Source: Raillietiella orientalis (lineage: Eukaryota). Taken from it: DNA of 61,229 nt. Below the pieces are notes generated by a model. It was not told the origin of the DNA, did not search any database, and saw only the letters and a list, made by a program, of their open reading frames with translations. The stretch is from the NCBI GenBank assembly GCA_036172245.1, contig JAYWIR010000151.1, positions 1 to 61,229 on the forward strand, given 5' to 3'. This document shows, piece after piece, positions 60,059-61,229 of this stretch (its first letter is position 1; each line of letters starts with the position of its first letter). Made by a program: the position numbers and the translations under genes.

Positions 60059-61217
60059 GCACAAGGCGTTCGACTGTGAAAACCAGGAACTCCTCTTGGG
60101 GCTCCTGAAGCGTCTTGGGCTTTCGAATCATCTTCTCCTGTACTTGCGCTCCTGGTAGCGCCACGCGATGATCAACTTGCATTTCAGTGGCTCCCGTGTG
60201 TACGGAGTGGCCGTGCGCAGAGGCATCAGGCAGGGCGACAGCTTAAGCCCGTTGCTCTTCAGCATCTACTTTTAGTTGGTGCTAAGAGCGTACAGGCAGA
60301 CGCTGGCCGTTCTGCCCAGCGCCTCTTCGTGCACTCCGTCCGCGGCAGCATACGCCGACCACCTTCTGCTTCTGTTGACCATGTCTAATCCGCCGAACTC
60401 GGTCCAAGACTTCTTCGAGCTGATCCGTCGTGGAGCGGGCATGAGCGTTAACAGGGCGAAGTGGTCCGTCGTGCCCATGGGTGCGTCGTGGAAGGGACAG
60501 GTCGACTGGATCCGCCTGGGAATCCCCACGCTCAGGTACTTCAAGTACCTTGACGTACCGTTAAGCGACTTCTGCTCGTCTGAATCGTGGTCGGCCTGTC
60601 TTCAAAAGGCAGAGATGGCTCTAGGCCCGTTCCTGGAAGGCAAGTTTGTCTTGTTGGAAAAAGAGTGCATATGGAACACTTTTCTTTTACCCCTCCTCCG
60701 CCCCTTATTTTTTGTTTGCCCGCCTCCCTATTTGGTTAAACTCCGGGCGAAGCGTCTCCTACGTAAGGTCTTGTGGGGCGCTGCCCGATCCAGGGTTCGC
60801 CTCAAAGATTTGGTGGCGCCATGCCAGCACGCAGGCCTGGGCATCCTGACTATTCAGAAGATTGAACTGCAAGTGCAGTTCCGGCTTCTATTCCTACGTG
60901 GGAAATTGTGGTCAAGTCACTGGTGTGCTCCGGCTCGCCATATTCTCCAGCGATGTGTCGGCAGTGCAGGATTGCTTTCGTTGCTGCCGCGCAACCTTCG
61001 CCGGAGAACTGGATTTGGCTATCCACTGAGGCACTTGTCCTCGTTGCTGTTAGCCCATTCCTGGATTTCCTGCCGCCCCTCCAATTGGAATGCTTGGCAG
61101 CGGGAAGCTTCGGAGCACTGGACGTCCACTTTGGATGTGCGCCCACAGCAACTGCGACCCTTACAGGGTATCTTACGCAAACCGCTAGGAGTGATCCTAA
61201 GGGACTGGTCGCTTTGG
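60059..61217 (+). mobile_element. Family F copy F2, RT C-terminal fragment (host of C2)
   Basis: Near-identical reverse complement of 34521-35679; begins HKAFDCENQELL. Confidence 0.92.
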
Positions 61218-61229
61218 ACAGGAAGCATC

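Noticed and set aside
35665..60073. Counting the C1 and C2 5' junctions as independent insertions
   Set aside because: The flanks are near-identical and share disabling mutations, so they derive from one DNA-level copy.
34521..61217. LTRs or terminal inverted repeats of a giant DNA transposon
   Set aside because: The arms are LINE coding sequence, and there is no transposase, integrase, protease or TG...CA terminus.
1..61229. Prokaryotic RT systems (retron, group II intron, CRISPR-associated RT)
   Set aside because: Every RT is preceded by an AP endonuclease and a zinc-knuckle ORF1 and followed by AATAAA, which is eukaryotic LINE architecture. There is no repeat-spacer array.

Overview
The window is eukaryotic and GC-rich. 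It consists almost entirely of nested, mostly decayed non-LTR retrotransposons of L1/Tx1-like architecture: ORF1 has an RRM-like region and CCHC zinc knuckles, and ORF2 has an AP endonuclease, reverse transcriptase and C-terminal CCHC zinc finger. I found no host genes, RNA genes, LTRs or CRISPR arrays. I resolve seven related families (my labels A-G) and one distant family (L). Most A-G 5' ends carry a GGACGTG motif. All ten A-G 3' ends carry AATAAA followed by a CCGG-loop-CCGG hairpin and no poly(A). Several ORF1/ORF2 junctions are overlapping TAATG/TGATG stop-starts. The main observation is that families A-F each sit at one fixed coding position inside another family, almost always antisense, with 9-15 bp target-site duplications (TSDs). 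The pairs are B in A at the endonuclease GDFN motif, C in F at the RT HKAFD motif, A in D at GFG, D in E at AEV, E in C at ECSVVV and F in E at SLMR. This gives a closed cycle (C in F, F in E, E in C) and head-to-tail tandem copies. It suggests a community of retrotransposons that target each other, although DNA-level duplication of an old nest explains part of the recurrence. A (TTAGG)n filler points to an arthropod host. Boundaries and identities were read by eye and no database search was run.
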